The notes under the pieces: model-generated
Database searches by the model: none
Seen by the model: only the letters and a program-made list of their open reading frames with translations
What the model was told of the DNA's origin: nothing
Part shown: piece after piece, positions 44,398 through 54,094 of the stretch
Layout of the letters: every line of letters begins with the position of its first letter
Position numbering within the stretch: the first letter of the stretch is position 1
Position numbers and translations under genes: made by a program
Assembly: GCA_965218585.1 (NCBI GenBank)
Contig: CBDCLE010000022.1
Span: 32,001 to 96,000 of the forward strand
From: Terriglobia bacterium
GTDB taxonomy: Bacteria > Acidobacteriota > Terriglobia > 20CM-2-55-15
DNA length: 64,000 nucleotides
Reading direction: 5' to 3'

Positions 44398-46134
44398 CCC
44401 GCATGTTTCACCAGTCCGGCGATCAGGGGGATTTGGGCAGTAAGAATCGGATTCGGGAGGATCTGGGTTCGAATTGGGCATGTGTGGCGTGACTCGGCGG
44501 TGTCGACAAGCGGGAGTTGCTGCGTTTTCGGGTTCAGAAGAGGGTGACGAAACGCACTGAGACAAACCTCGGCGGAGCCGAAAAGAACGAGTCGATTTTG
44601 GCGCAGGGGATCGGGTCGGTTCTCAGCAGCGCAGAGGAAGCGCCTGCAGGTTTCGATGGACGAGGGCAAAGACCTCGGCGTAGGGATAGGCTTCCGACAT
44701 GGAGATCCAGATGTTGCGAACCGTCAGACGGACTTGAGCTCCGATCTTGAGGAGCTTCAAGCGGATCGTCTGGCACTGAGCGCGGGCCAGATCGGTATTC
44801 TTCAGTCCCAGACGGCGTAACGCGTGCAGGAGCATGTAGGCGGCCGAGGACAGATAGAGCCGGAGTTGATTGGCGCGCATGGTTGCCGCGCTGGTCCGGT
44901 CGGCGAATAGATCCAACTGCTGTTCCTTGATGCGATTTTCCATGTCGCCCCGCGCACAGTAAAAGTCTTCATAGAGGGCGCGGGCGTCCAGGCGTTCCGG
45001 CGACAGTGAGGTCACAACGAATCGAGGATTGGCGCCTTTCTCCAGGAACTCGGCCTTGCCGATGACGCGTCGGGTGCAGGTCCAGCTCTTCCGAGTGCGA
45101 TACCGGAAATCGTTAAACACCCGCGCCGGTTTCCCGGTGTCGTTAAACTCGGCTTCGGCCTGACTCATCGATTCAGCGATCTCGCGCTTGAGCCGATCGT
45201 TCTTGGCCAGACCCACCACGTAATCGACCTGGTGGGCCTCGCACCAACTCAGCAATTCATCCCGGCAAAAGCCCGAGTCGGCCCGGATGATAATCGACAC
45301 CTCCGGCCAGCTCTGCCGGATCTGGCCGATGATGCGGTTCAATTCCTCGACGGCGCCGTCCGCACCGTCGACATTGGAGCACCGCAACCGGGCGCATAGC
45401 AGATGCTCTCCCGAAAAGATGTAGAGCGGCAGATAACAGTAGTTGCCGTAGTAGCCGTGAAAGAACCGTCCTTCCTGATGGCCATGGATCGGATCATCGG
45501 TCGCATCCAGGTCCAGAACAATCTCCTCGGGCGCCGATCCGTGAGCCGCCACAAATGCATCCACCATCCAGCGGTCGATCTTGTCCGGGTCCATGGCAAT
45601 CTTCTTGTACCGCTCCTTCCCATCGACTTGCTCCCCGGTCAGTTCCAACCGGTTCAGCGTACACTTGCCCGCCAACGCTTTTCCCCGGTCTCGGGCCTGC
45701 CGCCGCTTCTCCCCCAGTGGATCGGCCTTATCCACCGCCACGGCCAGCATCGGATCGGTCCGCAGTTGGTCATGATCGTTCAGATCCTCGTAGCCCAGAC
45801 AGAGTCCGTAGACGCGCTGCCCCAATAACTCGCTCACCGTGTGTTCGATCAACCTCGCGTCCCGGTAATCCCTGAAACACTCGGCCAGTCCGGCGATCAG
45901 ACCCGTTCGCTTTTCCACTTCCCTCAACAGCAGAACCCCAGCGTCGGAGGTGATCTTTCCGCCGTCAAAACGCGCCTTCACTTTTCGTTGAAGAAGTCCG
46001 TGAAATTCGAACGTCGTTTGGTTACACTCTGTTCTCATAAGGGCCGTCTCCGTTTGGCTTGTTAAACGTTTATTTCAAAACGCTTTATGCCAGACAGGGC
46101 GGCCTTTTCTGGTCCTATCGGTGAAATATGCGGG
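44398..46134 (-). mobile_element. IS1380-family insertion sequence, copy 2 (1737 bp)
   Basis: Near-identical to copy 1, inverted; CTAG duplication at 44394-97 and 46135-38. Confidence 0.95.
44623..46038 (-). CDS. IS1380-family transposase
   Basis: Same protein as 12974-14389 except M/I in KK(M/I)AMD. Confidence 0.95.
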   Translation of the reverse strand: MRTECNQTTFEFHGLLQRKVKARFDGGKITSDAGVLLLREVEKRTGLIAGLAECFRDYRDARLIEHTVSELLGQRVYGLCLGYEDLNDHDQLRTDPMLAVAVDKADPLGEKRRQARDRGKALAGKCTLNRLELTGEQVDGKERYKKIAMDPDKIDRWMVDAFVAAHGSAPEEIVLDLDATDDPIHGHQEGRFFHGYYGNYCYLPLYIFSGEHLLCARLRCSNVDGADGAVEELNRIIGQIRQSWPEVSIIIRADSGFCRDELLSWCEAHQVDYVVGLAKNDRLKREIAESMSQAEAEFNDTGKPARVFNDFRYRTRKSWTCTRRVIGKAEFLEKGANPRFVVTSLSPERLDARALYEDFYCARGDMENRIKEQQLDLFADRTSAATMRANQLRLYLSSAAYMLLHALRRLGLKNTDLARAQCQTIRLKLLKIGAQVRLTVRNIWISMSEAYPYAEVFALVHRNLQALPLRC

Positions 46135-46347
46135 CTAGTTCGCGTGCTGGGCCTTGGCGGCTTGCCAACTATTGAAATCGGATCCCAGGACGAAGAACTT
46201 GCGGCCGACGCGCATGGTTCGGATCTTGTCTTCTTCGATGATCCGGCGGAAATGCCGGCTCGAGAATCCTGCCAGCGATGCGGCAGTCGAAAGGTCGAGG
46301 AACAATTTGTTTGACGTTTCCCGGGTGCTGTTCAGTGTTTTCGACAT
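46135..46347 (-). CDS. Small excisionase/MerR-like HTH protein
   Basis: FLDLSTAASLAGFSSRHFRRIIEEDKI..MRVGRKFFVL; its TAG stop is the IS target. Confidence 0.7.
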   Translation of the reverse strand: MSKTLNSTRETSNKLFLDLSTAASLAGFSSRHFRRIIEEDKIRTMRVGRKFFVLGSDFNSWQAAKAQHAN

Positions 46348-46602
46348 GATTTTGGTCTCCTGGCCGTCATTAACAGCAAATTCCCTTCCATAAATCGGAT
46401 CTTGTGATTCCTGCTGGCCTACCCTCAGGAAGGGCGGGTTGTTGGAAGCAATCAGAGACATGGAGCCGGGGCCCGATTACCTGGATTTCTCTACAAGAAC
46501 AGGGTCTTCTCTGTGCCTCGGTGCCTCTGTGGTTTCGGTTCTTTCCAGTTGGGAATCGCAATTGCTGCGGCGCTTATGCTGCAGTCCGTAAGCTCAGAGA
46601 GA

Positions 46603-48105
46603 ATGAAGCGATCCTCGACCCGTTCGGGGCGCCCAAACGTTGAAATCGAAGGCGTTGCCTACCACAGCCCTTACGATCCGGCGAGGGAAGCCCGCTCGTT
46701 TTATACGGGATTGCCATTGGAGGAAGCTGACGTTGTTCTCCACTTCGGGTGGGGCCTGGGCTACTCCGGCCACTACCTCAGCGAGCGGTTGGGCGCCGAT
46801 ACGCGGGTGTTTGTACTCGAGCCTGATCGGGATGTTTTCGACCTGTTCTGTGCCGAGGGGGAAGGCCGAGAACTCCTTGAAGACTCACGGTTCCAGTACG
46901 TGGTCGGAAAGGAGGTAGGTCAATTCATTGACGATTGGGGCCTTGCGGGGTGTCAAGATACTGACCGTATTCTGTGGATAGGATGGCCGCGGGCCGATCA
47001 GATGTTCGGTGAGCTTTCCAACTCCGTGCAGGCCGCGTTCAACGCCCGTCTCCGTGACAGGGCGGGAAACCTCCTCACGCACTTCGAAAACGGACGTACC
47101 TATTTCGAGAACGCTGCATCCAACCTGAAGTACGCGTCAGACCCAAGGGTCGGTCGTTTGTTCGGCCGCTTCAAGGGACTGCCGCTCGTACTCGTTTCGG
47201 CGGGACCCTCGCTTGATCGCAATATTCGTTACCTGACGGGGATGGAAGAACGCTGCTTCATTCTGGCCGTCGATACGGCTCTGCGGCCGCTGCTGGCCGA
47301 AGGTATCGTTCCGCATGCGGTGATCATCGCAGACCCGAGCGAACTGAACGCCCGTCATGTCGTTGGCGCCCTGCCGCGGGATACGTACCTGATCGCGGAG
47401 CAGGCGGCGCATCCCCTGGCGATGGCTGCTGGGGCGAACCGATTTCAGTTTTCGGTTGGCGTGTTCCCCGACGCACTCTACGAGGAATTTGGAGCAGAGC
47501 AGACCAGGCTCCAAGTCTGGGGATCGGTTGCGACTGCCGCACTCGACCTGGCCTGCCGTATGGGTGCGGATCCCGTCATTTTTGCCGGTCAGGATTTTTC
47601 ATATACCTGGGATCATGATTACGCAAGACACACGATTTTTCACGGCAGAGTCTTCAACCGAAAGGCGCTGGATCATTCTGAGTCCGACGTTTGGGGCCAG
47701 GAGGTGCCAACTACGGAAAACCTCATGGCCTATAGAGACTTTTTCGTGAGACGAATAGCCGAAGCGTCGTCCACGCGGTTCGTGAATGCGACTGAAGGCG
47801 GGATATTGACCGACGGGGTTGAGATCCGTTCGCTGCGGGACGCCCTCCACCGTTATGCCGACCGACGCGTGGACATCCGGGGAAAGCTTCGAGGGCTCCA
47901 CGTTCGGGGTAACCAAATGCAGCCTCTAGCAAGCCATCTTGAAGGCGTTCTTACCCGGAAAGATCCCTCCTGTGGTTGCCTGGAAGCGTTCCTCGATCTG
48001 GTGGCAAAAAAGGCCGTTCTGGAGAAAGATACGACTTCGATCGAGGAGTGCCTGGCCTGGGGAGCTTCCTTCGCATCCAACCTCTCGAACACGCCCGTCG
48101 GCTGA
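46603..48105 (+). CDS. MAF/DUF115 (MptE-like fold) glycosyltransferase-family protein
   Basis: HSPYDP.REA, G.GLGY, LVSAGPSLDRN, AVDTAL..L...GI.PH, GSVAT, G..PVIFAGQDFSY, NATEGG. Confidence 0.85.
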   Translation: MKRSSTRSGRPNVEIEGVAYHSPYDPAREARSFYTGLPLEEADVVLHFGWGLGYSGHYLSERLGADTRVFVLEPDRDVFDLFCAEGEGRELLEDSRFQYVVGKEVGQFIDDWGLAGCQDTDRILWIGWPRADQMFGELSNSVQAAFNARLRDRAGNLLTHFENGRTYFENAASNLKYASDPRVGRLFGRFKGLPLVLVSAGPSLDRNIRYLTGMEERCFILAVDTALRPLLAEGIVPHAVIIADPSELNARHVVGALPRDTYLIAEQAAHPLAMAAGANRFQFSVGVFPDALYEEFGAEQTRLQVWGSVATAALDLACRMGADPVIFAGQDFSYTWDHDYARHTIFHGRVFNRKALDHSESDVWGQEVPTTENLMAYRDFFVRRIAEASSTRFVNATEGGILTDGVEIRSLRDALHRYADRRVDIRGKLRGLHVRGNQMQPLASHLEGVLTRKDPSCGCLEAFLDLVAKKAVLEKDTTSIEECLAWGASFASNLSNTPVG

Positions 48106-48291
48106 TCCACCCTGGGGGAATGCTTCTATCGATTTGATTCCATGGTGTCAACAGACTGTCCTTTTCCCCGGTTGATTCCGAGGCTAAGCCCTCCTCTACG
48201 GAATTGGCCCCGAGATATAAGAGTCGCTATAAGAGAGATTTAAAGCGATCCCACCAGTTCTGATCCTGTCCGCTAAACCCCAACCGACCTT

Positions 48292-48306
48292 TGGTCGGGC
48301 AATTGC
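48292..48306 (+). promoter_or_regulatory. Putative sigma54 (-24/-12) promoter of the radical SAM/GT operon
   Basis: TGGTCGGGCAATTGC (GG-N10-GC with TTGC), 78 bp before the 48384 start. Confidence 0.5.
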
Positions 48307-48383
48307 TTTCTTAGATAGTCGGATTGAAGTACGTCTTCATGGCACCTGCGAAAGAGCGGAGCTGACTAGAGGAGAACGGATAA

Positions 48384-49403
48384 GTGGAACTGACCTCGGC
48401 GCAGATCAACATTTCCTGGTTTTGTGACTTTCACAGCAACGCTTCTACTTCATGTGAGTACTGCTGGGTCACGATGGCGCAGTCGGACCGGTCCAGGCAA
48501 TTGGATCACGGACCCGAGGAATGGCTCGAAGCCATCACCCGGACGATTCCGAACACCGCCCACATCAACTTCGTTGGTGGAGAACCGACGATTTTTCCGA
48601 AGTTTCATTGGCTCCTCACAGAACTGTCGAAGACGCACCGATGGGCGATCACGTCGAACATGGGTGCCAACCGGTGGCGGCTTTACGGCGAAGAGCCCAT
48701 TCCCAATTGCGTATCCTGGACCGCGTCCTACCATCCCTCGAGTCGTGATTCGATTGAGGAGTTTACGGCCAAGTGCATCATTCTCGGTCGCCACTATCCG
48801 CTACAGGTCAACCTGGCGGACTATCACACCTACGATGCTACCTCAGCTACGGACCAACTGGCCGAGGCCGGGCTACGCGTGTTCCTCTCGCCGTTTGAAG
48901 ACGTCCGGGACCTCAACAGCGCAGGGCCGGTGCCACTGACGTGTAACGGTGGACAGTCCCACGTCTTGATCGACCCGGAAGGGCACGTCTACAAGTGTCT
49001 GACTCAGGAACGACGCTCCGACCGGGAGCGCTGGCGGATCGGAAACGTTTTCGAAGGTCAGATCAACTGGCCGACCACACGTAGCGTCTGCTTCATTCCC
49101 TGCGACCAGTACTACAACCTCGACCAGCACCATGCGACACGGGACATGTGGAACCTCGATGTCCGTGAAATGGTCGTTCCCGAGGGAGTGGACCTTACGG
49201 CCTACAGAGAGAGCTTTAACGCTCCGGCTTCACCTCTTAAGGAGTTCATCCAGCAGTCCAAGTGGCGCGACAACATTACGGCGCAGGCACGGGGCGACCT
49301 GCTTGAACTGGACCTGATCCAAGAAGGTGAACCTGTCGAAGTCGTTGCGGAAATTACGTCCTCCGAAGTCGAGGAGTCGGGTTCGAAGAAAACGAAACAA
49401 TGA
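48384..49403 (+). CDS. Radical SAM/twitch protein with CX9CX2C motif
   Basis: CDFHSNASTSCEYC, FVGGEP, ITSN, ASYHP; C.GG....IDPEG.VYKC...IGNVF...C..PC; AGGAG RBS. Confidence 0.8.
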   Translation: MELTSAQINISWFCDFHSNASTSCEYCWVTMAQSDRSRQLDHGPEEWLEAITRTIPNTAHINFVGGEPTIFPKFHWLLTELSKTHRWAITSNMGANRWRLYGEEPIPNCVSWTASYHPSSRDSIEEFTAKCIILGRHYPLQVNLADYHTYDATSATDQLAEAGLRVFLSPFEDVRDLNSAGPVPLTCNGGQSHVLIDPEGHVYKCLTQERRSDRERWRIGNVFEGQINWPTTRSVCFIPCDQYYNLDQHHATRDMWNLDVREMVVPEGVDLTAYRESFNAPASPLKEFIQQSKWRDNITAQARGDLLELDLIQEGEPVEVVAEITSSEVEESGSKKTKQ

Positions 49404-50488
49404 GCAGACCTGATACATATCGCCGGTACCGTGTGAAATCTCCCATGCAGTTCCGTCTGGATGAGTATCCGATTCCGGCGACTCCCGAAAAGGACTATCT
49501 CGTTCGTGTGGACGTGTGCGGTCTGTGTCGTAGCGATCTGCATTTCGCGACGAGCTGGGCCGAGGGCTGGGACGAACTGGGCCACGAATTCGGTGGAACA
49601 GTTGTCGCCCTGCGGAATGGCGTTGACGGATTCCGTCAGGGCGATCGCGTAGCGGTCAAGAACGCAGCAGCCTGTCTCGAGTGTGAGCCTTGTTTGGCCG
49701 GCGATCTTCGTTCCTGCCGCGGCCTCATCGTCAACAAGCTCGGCTTCAGTCAGTACGCCGACTGTGACGGCCGATCTCTGGTGTCCGCCCAGGGCCTTGG
49801 TGATGCGCTATTGGCTCTCATGGAGCCCACCAACGTCGTTCTCGACCTGATCTATTCGGCAGAAATCGAAAAAACAGACAGGGTAGCGGTCTTTGGAACC
49901 GGCACTCTGGGAATCATCACTGCCCATCTGCTCGAGAATTATTTTGGAGTCTCCGATGTCGTCCTGATCGGTCGGCAACCCGACGAGGCAGTGCTCGCTG
50001 ATGTCGGCCTGACCCGGCACATCGGCTTCGATGAACTCATCGACAAGACGACCCTTCGAAATCTTCTGGGCGGTGCACCGGACCGTGTTCTGGTGACGAC
50101 GCCTCCGTCGACATTGTCGGATGCCCTGGAGGCATGTGGCCCGGTGGGCCGCGTGCTGACGCTTGGCCTTGACCGGAATGACTACCTCGAGGCGAACATC
50201 GACGTCCGTACGCTGATCTTCAAACGGGTGCGCGTCGAAGGCGTGTTTGCCGTACCGAATCTCTATTTCGACGACGCCGTCCGGATACTTTCCGAGGTCG
50301 GCACACCTTTAGAGAGCCTCATCCGTCGGCGCATCGGGTTCGATGATCTGGAAACAGCACTTCGAGAATGGGACGCGAGACCCCATTTTGATGGCAAGTC
50401 GATCCTTGAACTCCAGAGAGGTTCGGACGCGCGTGAAGAGGCGATGGAAGTCGTTGTCTCAGGTTCGAGCCGGGAGGCGTCATGTTAG
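49400..50488 (+). CDS. Zn-dependent (MDR) alcohol/sugar dehydrogenase
   Basis: CGLCRSD, GHE, CxxCxxC...C, EP, G.GTLG. Confidence 0.88.
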   Translation: MSRPDTYRRYRVKSPMQFRLDEYPIPATPEKDYLVRVDVCGLCRSDLHFATSWAEGWDELGHEFGGTVVALRNGVDGFRQGDRVAVKNAAACLECEPCLAGDLRSCRGLIVNKLGFSQYADCDGRSLVSAQGLGDALLALMEPTNVVLDLIYSAEIEKTDRVAVFGTGTLGIITAHLLENYFGVSDVVLIGRQPDEAVLADVGLTRHIGFDELIDKTTLRNLLGGAPDRVLVTTPPSTLSDALEACGPVGRVLTLGLDRNDYLEANIDVRTLIFKRVRVEGVFAVPNLYFDDAVRILSEVGTPLESLIRRRIGFDDLETALREWDARPHFDGKSILELQRGSDAREEAMEVVVSGSSREASC

Positions 50489-51033
50489 CCCTCAGAGGCG
50501 AATCGCTTCCGGATCATCGGGTCCGCAGAATTCTCATTCTCCGCACCGCCAGGACTCCCCAGATTCAGTGGGCCCTGGACCAGCTTCGCGCGAAGTACCC
50601 CGAAGCCGAATTTGGCGTCCTCGGGACCCAGTTGGGCGGGAACGAGTTGTTCGCGGGAATGGAGCACTTCGAGCCGTCCCAACCCTGGCTTTCACCGAGG
50701 AGCGTCCGGCGTTTGCGGTCCAGACTCAGGAAAACCCGGTTCGACATGGTTGTCATGTGTCTTAACGGCGATTGTGGAACCGGATACGGTGGTGTCAGTC
50801 GTGTTGTCCGGAGAATCGATGCACCCTTCAAGTTCGTAGCGGGGTACACAGGGCGTTGGCACAAGTGGGACCACATGGACTTTGAAGAGGGGAACGTCCT
50901 GACCCGCGGACTCGTCAATTGCCTTGGGATCCTGATCTATCCGTTGATCGCGACCTATCTGTTGCTCGTTCCTTCCCGTCCGCGCTACATGCCGGGCCGG
51001 CAGGGAGCGACGGCCCCGGGGTACGAAGCATGA
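50482..51033 (+). CDS. Standalone GT9-N-lobe-like protein with C-terminal membrane anchor
   Basis: RRILILRTAR...L.AKYPEAE..VL...LR...FDMVV; C-terminal hydrophobic helix. Confidence 0.6.
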   Translation: MLALRGESLPDHRVRRILILRTARTPQIQWALDQLRAKYPEAEFGVLGTQLGGNELFAGMEHFEPSQPWLSPRSVRRLRSRLRKTRFDMVVMCLNGDCGTGYGGVSRVVRRIDAPFKFVAGYTGRWHKWDHMDFEEGNVLTRGLVNCLGILIYPLIATYLLLVPSRPRYMPGRQGATAPGYEA

Positions 51034-52295
51034 AGGTTCTCCACTTTTGCTCGTTCTACCGGCCGCTGGGCGGTGGCGAAAAACTTCTCTTCAGTGTCCT
51101 CGACATCATGGAGAGAAACGGGGTCGAGAACGTCATCGTCGCTCCCGAGTCCCAATCGAACGGGCCGACGGGTCTGAGGAAGGAATACTTTCTCGACTAC
51201 CTCGAGTACCCCTTTACGCGGAGCGATCTGTTTTCGTCCATCTGGAACAACCGGAAGCTGATACGGGCGATATCCGAGGTCTTGAAAAAGGAGCAGCCCA
51301 ACGTCATCCACCTGCACAACCAGCAGAACCCGTTTATATACCTGGCGTGTTTGAGGAGCGGGATTCCGATGGTTCGCAACATCCATGATCCACGCCTCTA
51401 TTGCCCGACGAACTGGCGCCTGTTGCCTGACAAGAGCCTGTGTCCACATGCGTTTGGCCGGGCCTGCATTTCCGAGGGGTGCATCAAGCCTCGATCCAGA
51501 GATCTTAAGCAGTTTTTCGTAACGTTGTTCAACCGCCAGCTTTCGTTCCGGAACACGACGTTGATCATCGAAAGTCAGGAGTCATATCAGATGGCCCTGC
51601 AGAACGGATACCGGGAAGATCAACTCAGCCTGATCCCCAACTGCACGACGCTTCCGCCGCTCGAGGCGGAGCTCGAAAACAAGGAGCGCTACAGCAAACT
51701 CGGAGAGAAGAGCATTCTCTTCGTCGGCCGGGCGAGTTATGAGAAAGGGCTTCATTTCCTGGTCAACGCTCTACCGAAGCTCAGGAACGATTTCAAACTC
51801 TACATCCTGACCGCGGGCGACTACTACAAAGAACAGATTGCTCCGCTGGTCGAAAAACTCGGCCTCGGTTCGCGGGTTGAGGCTCGCTTCAACACAAGCT
51901 ACGAAGATACCGCCAAGTACTACTCGATGGCCGACGTCGTCGTTGTGCCGTCGATTTGGTTCGAAACTTTCTGCCTGATCGGCATTGAGGCGTACTCGCA
52001 CCTGACGCCTGTGGTGGCGACCCGCACGGGTGGAATCAAGGATTGGTGCGTGGACGGCGAAACAGGTTACCTCGCAGAAATATTTGACGAAGACGCACTC
52101 GCAGCCGGGATCGATGCACTCCTGGACGACCCGCAGAAGGCGAGACAGTTTGGACTGAACGGATACAATCGGGTCCGGGAACACTACAGCGAAGACATTT
52201 ACTACCGGCGCTTACGAGCGCTCTATGAAAAGGTGATTCAAGATGGCCAGAGTGACACTTATCGATTCTTTGGGCTGGCAAGACGGCCTGTTTAA
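51030..52295 (+). CDS. GT4 glycosyltransferase with Cys-rich insert
   Basis: GGGEK, HD..LYCP...C...C....C, ILFVGR...EKG, PSIWFETFCLIGIEA. Confidence 0.9.
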   Translation: MKVLHFCSFYRPLGGGEKLLFSVLDIMERNGVENVIVAPESQSNGPTGLRKEYFLDYLEYPFTRSDLFSSIWNNRKLIRAISEVLKKEQPNVIHLHNQQNPFIYLACLRSGIPMVRNIHDPRLYCPTNWRLLPDKSLCPHAFGRACISEGCIKPRSRDLKQFFVTLFNRQLSFRNTTLIIESQESYQMALQNGYREDQLSLIPNCTTLPPLEAELENKERYSKLGEKSILFVGRASYEKGLHFLVNALPKLRNDFKLYILTAGDYYKEQIAPLVEKLGLGSRVEARFNTSYEDTAKYYSMADVVVVPSIWFETFCLIGIEAYSHLTPVVATRTGGIKDWCVDGETGYLAEIFDEDALAAGIDALLDDPQKARQFGLNGYNRVREHYSEDIYYRRLRALYEKVIQDGQSDTYRFFGLARRPV

Positions 52296-54072
52296 TCTGG
52301 GCCTTGCCTACCTGAGCTCTTCACTGAAGCTTGGCGGGCATCAGGTTCGCGTTCTCGATCTCAACAATAAGTTCCGGAAACCGGAAGAGGTTGTTGACGT
52401 CATCGGCGAGCATGCGCCCGACTACGTGGGTTTCTCCGTTAAGTCAGCGACCTTTGCCAACGCGGTGGAATTGCACAAGAAACTTGCCGCAAAGTATCCG
52501 GACGTCACGTTCCTATACGGCGGCCCGCACATCACTCTGTCCAAGACAAATATCATGGATGAGGCTCCACGGGCCTTCTTCATTCGGGGTGACGCCGAGT
52601 TTACGCTACCCGACTTTGTGGGACGTCATTCCAGGGGCGAGACCGATTTCAGCGACATCGACGGGATCATGTACAGAAGCCAGGCCGGCGAAGACGTCGC
52701 CGTGGACATTCAGTTCCACACCGAGATCGATGACCTCCCGTTGCCCGACTTCACGACGTTCGACAGCTTCCCGTCCTTCAAGACGTATCCGCTCTTGACC
52801 AGCCGGGGATGTCCTTACAAGTGCACCTATTGCTCGGTGCCCGCCATCAGTGGCAAACGTTGGGTCTATCGGTCGGCCCCAAGCATTATGAAGGAGCTGG
52901 ACCACGTCCTGAACTTCCTGAAGATGAATAACGTTGTGATCGTGGACGACAACTTCACGTTGCACAAGAAACGTGCCGAATCGGTGTGCCAGGCGATCCT
53001 GGACAACGGTTACAAGTTCAACTGGTCCTGTGGCAACGGGATCCGGGCCGACCGGATCTGGCCGGATCTGGCCAGCCTCATGCACAAGGCCGGATGTGTT
53101 GAAGTAGCCTTCGGCATCGAAAGCCTGCAGGAAGATGTCTTCGATCTGCTTCGCAAGGGCGAAGAGGTTTCCCATATCCGTCATGGCATCGAAGTCGTTC
53201 AGGAAGCGGGACTCAACGTGACTGGTTTCTTCATGATCGGACTGCCCGGTTCAACATATCGCAAAGATCTGAAGACGCTGGCTCTGGCACGCAGGTTGAA
53301 CCTGAACAACTATTACTTCGGTTTGACAGTTCCCTATCCCGGCACAGAAATGTGGGACTGGGCGCAGGAAAACGCGCGTTTTCTCGTGCCGTGGCAGAAC
53401 AGCTACCACATCTCTGAGGTGTTCCGCGATGGTCTGGAGCGTCTCAAGCTCGAACCGGTGTTTGACACGCCGGAGTATCCGGCCGAAGAACGCAAGAAGA
53501 TGTTCCATACGGTTCAGGCCTCGAAGAAGAAGGCTCAGGACCGTAGTCTCCGGTTGATCCAGAGCAGCCTCCGAGCTGCACCCGGCCGTCCGATCATCGT
53601 CATGCGGACGTCTCGGCGCGATGGTCTTTTTGAGATGTTCAGGGACGAAAAGCCGTCCAATCCCCACGTGATCCTCTATAAGGGAAGCGACGGATTCCTC
53701 GAGAACCTGGCCGAAGAGACACGAAACGCATATCAGCAGATCCACGTAGATGGCGAAGGCTTCTTCGATGCGGGCGATGCCAGAGGTCTTTCCGAAGACC
53801 TTAAGGATGCGGTCATTGTGTTCGACGTTCCGAACGGCAATCTGGAGCGATACCAGAACCTGGTGCGCTTTGCCAGGGAACTCAATCCTCGACAGATCGT
53901 TGCTCTCGTGGGCGATGAGTTTGAAGTCCTGTCGGTAGGTGACCCTGAGATCAGCGAGCCCGAGACTTCGTTCGCTTCTCCCGACATGGAGCCGGTTTAC
54001 CTCGGAATCGACCTCGATCCGTCCGAACTGGTCAAGATTGAAATGGCGCCTGTGGGCGCGTCGAAGAGATGA
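52243..54072 (+). CDS. B12-binding (class B) radical SAM protein with C-terminal GT9-like domain
   Basis: LGLAYL, GGPH, GDAE, TSRGCPYKCTYC, DDNF, GIES, FMIGLPG, PYPGT. Confidence 0.9.
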   Translation: MARVTLIDSLGWQDGLFNLGLAYLSSSLKLGGHQVRVLDLNNKFRKPEEVVDVIGEHAPDYVGFSVKSATFANAVELHKKLAAKYPDVTFLYGGPHITLSKTNIMDEAPRAFFIRGDAEFTLPDFVGRHSRGETDFSDIDGIMYRSQAGEDVAVDIQFHTEIDDLPLPDFTTFDSFPSFKTYPLLTSRGCPYKCTYCSVPAISGKRWVYRSAPSIMKELDHVLNFLKMNNVVIVDDNFTLHKKRAESVCQAILDNGYKFNWSCGNGIRADRIWPDLASLMHKAGCVEVAFGIESLQEDVFDLLRKGEEVSHIRHGIEVVQEAGLNVTGFFMIGLPGSTYRKDLKTLALARRLNLNNYYFGLTVPYPGTEMWDWAQENARFLVPWQNSYHISEVFRDGLERLKLEPVFDTPEYPAEERKKMFHTVQASKKKAQDRSLRLIQSSLRAAPGRPIIVMRTSRRDGLFEMFRDEKPSNPHVILYKGSDGFLENLAEETRNAYQQIHVDGEGFFDAGDARGLSEDLKDAVIVFDVPNGNLERYQNLVRFARELNPRQIVALVGDEFEVLSVGDPEISEPETSFASPDMEPVYLGIDLDPSELVKIEMAPVGASKR

Positions 54073-54094
54073 AATCCCCTGCTTCCGATATGTG

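Noticed and set aside
46135-46347. Prophage or ICE suggested by the excisionase-like HTH
   Set aside because: No integrase, att repeat, tRNA or phage genes nearby
42400-49403. RiPP pathway for the SPASM/twitch radical SAMs
   Set aside because: No credible precursor peptide, peptidase or RRE; the context is glycosyltransferases
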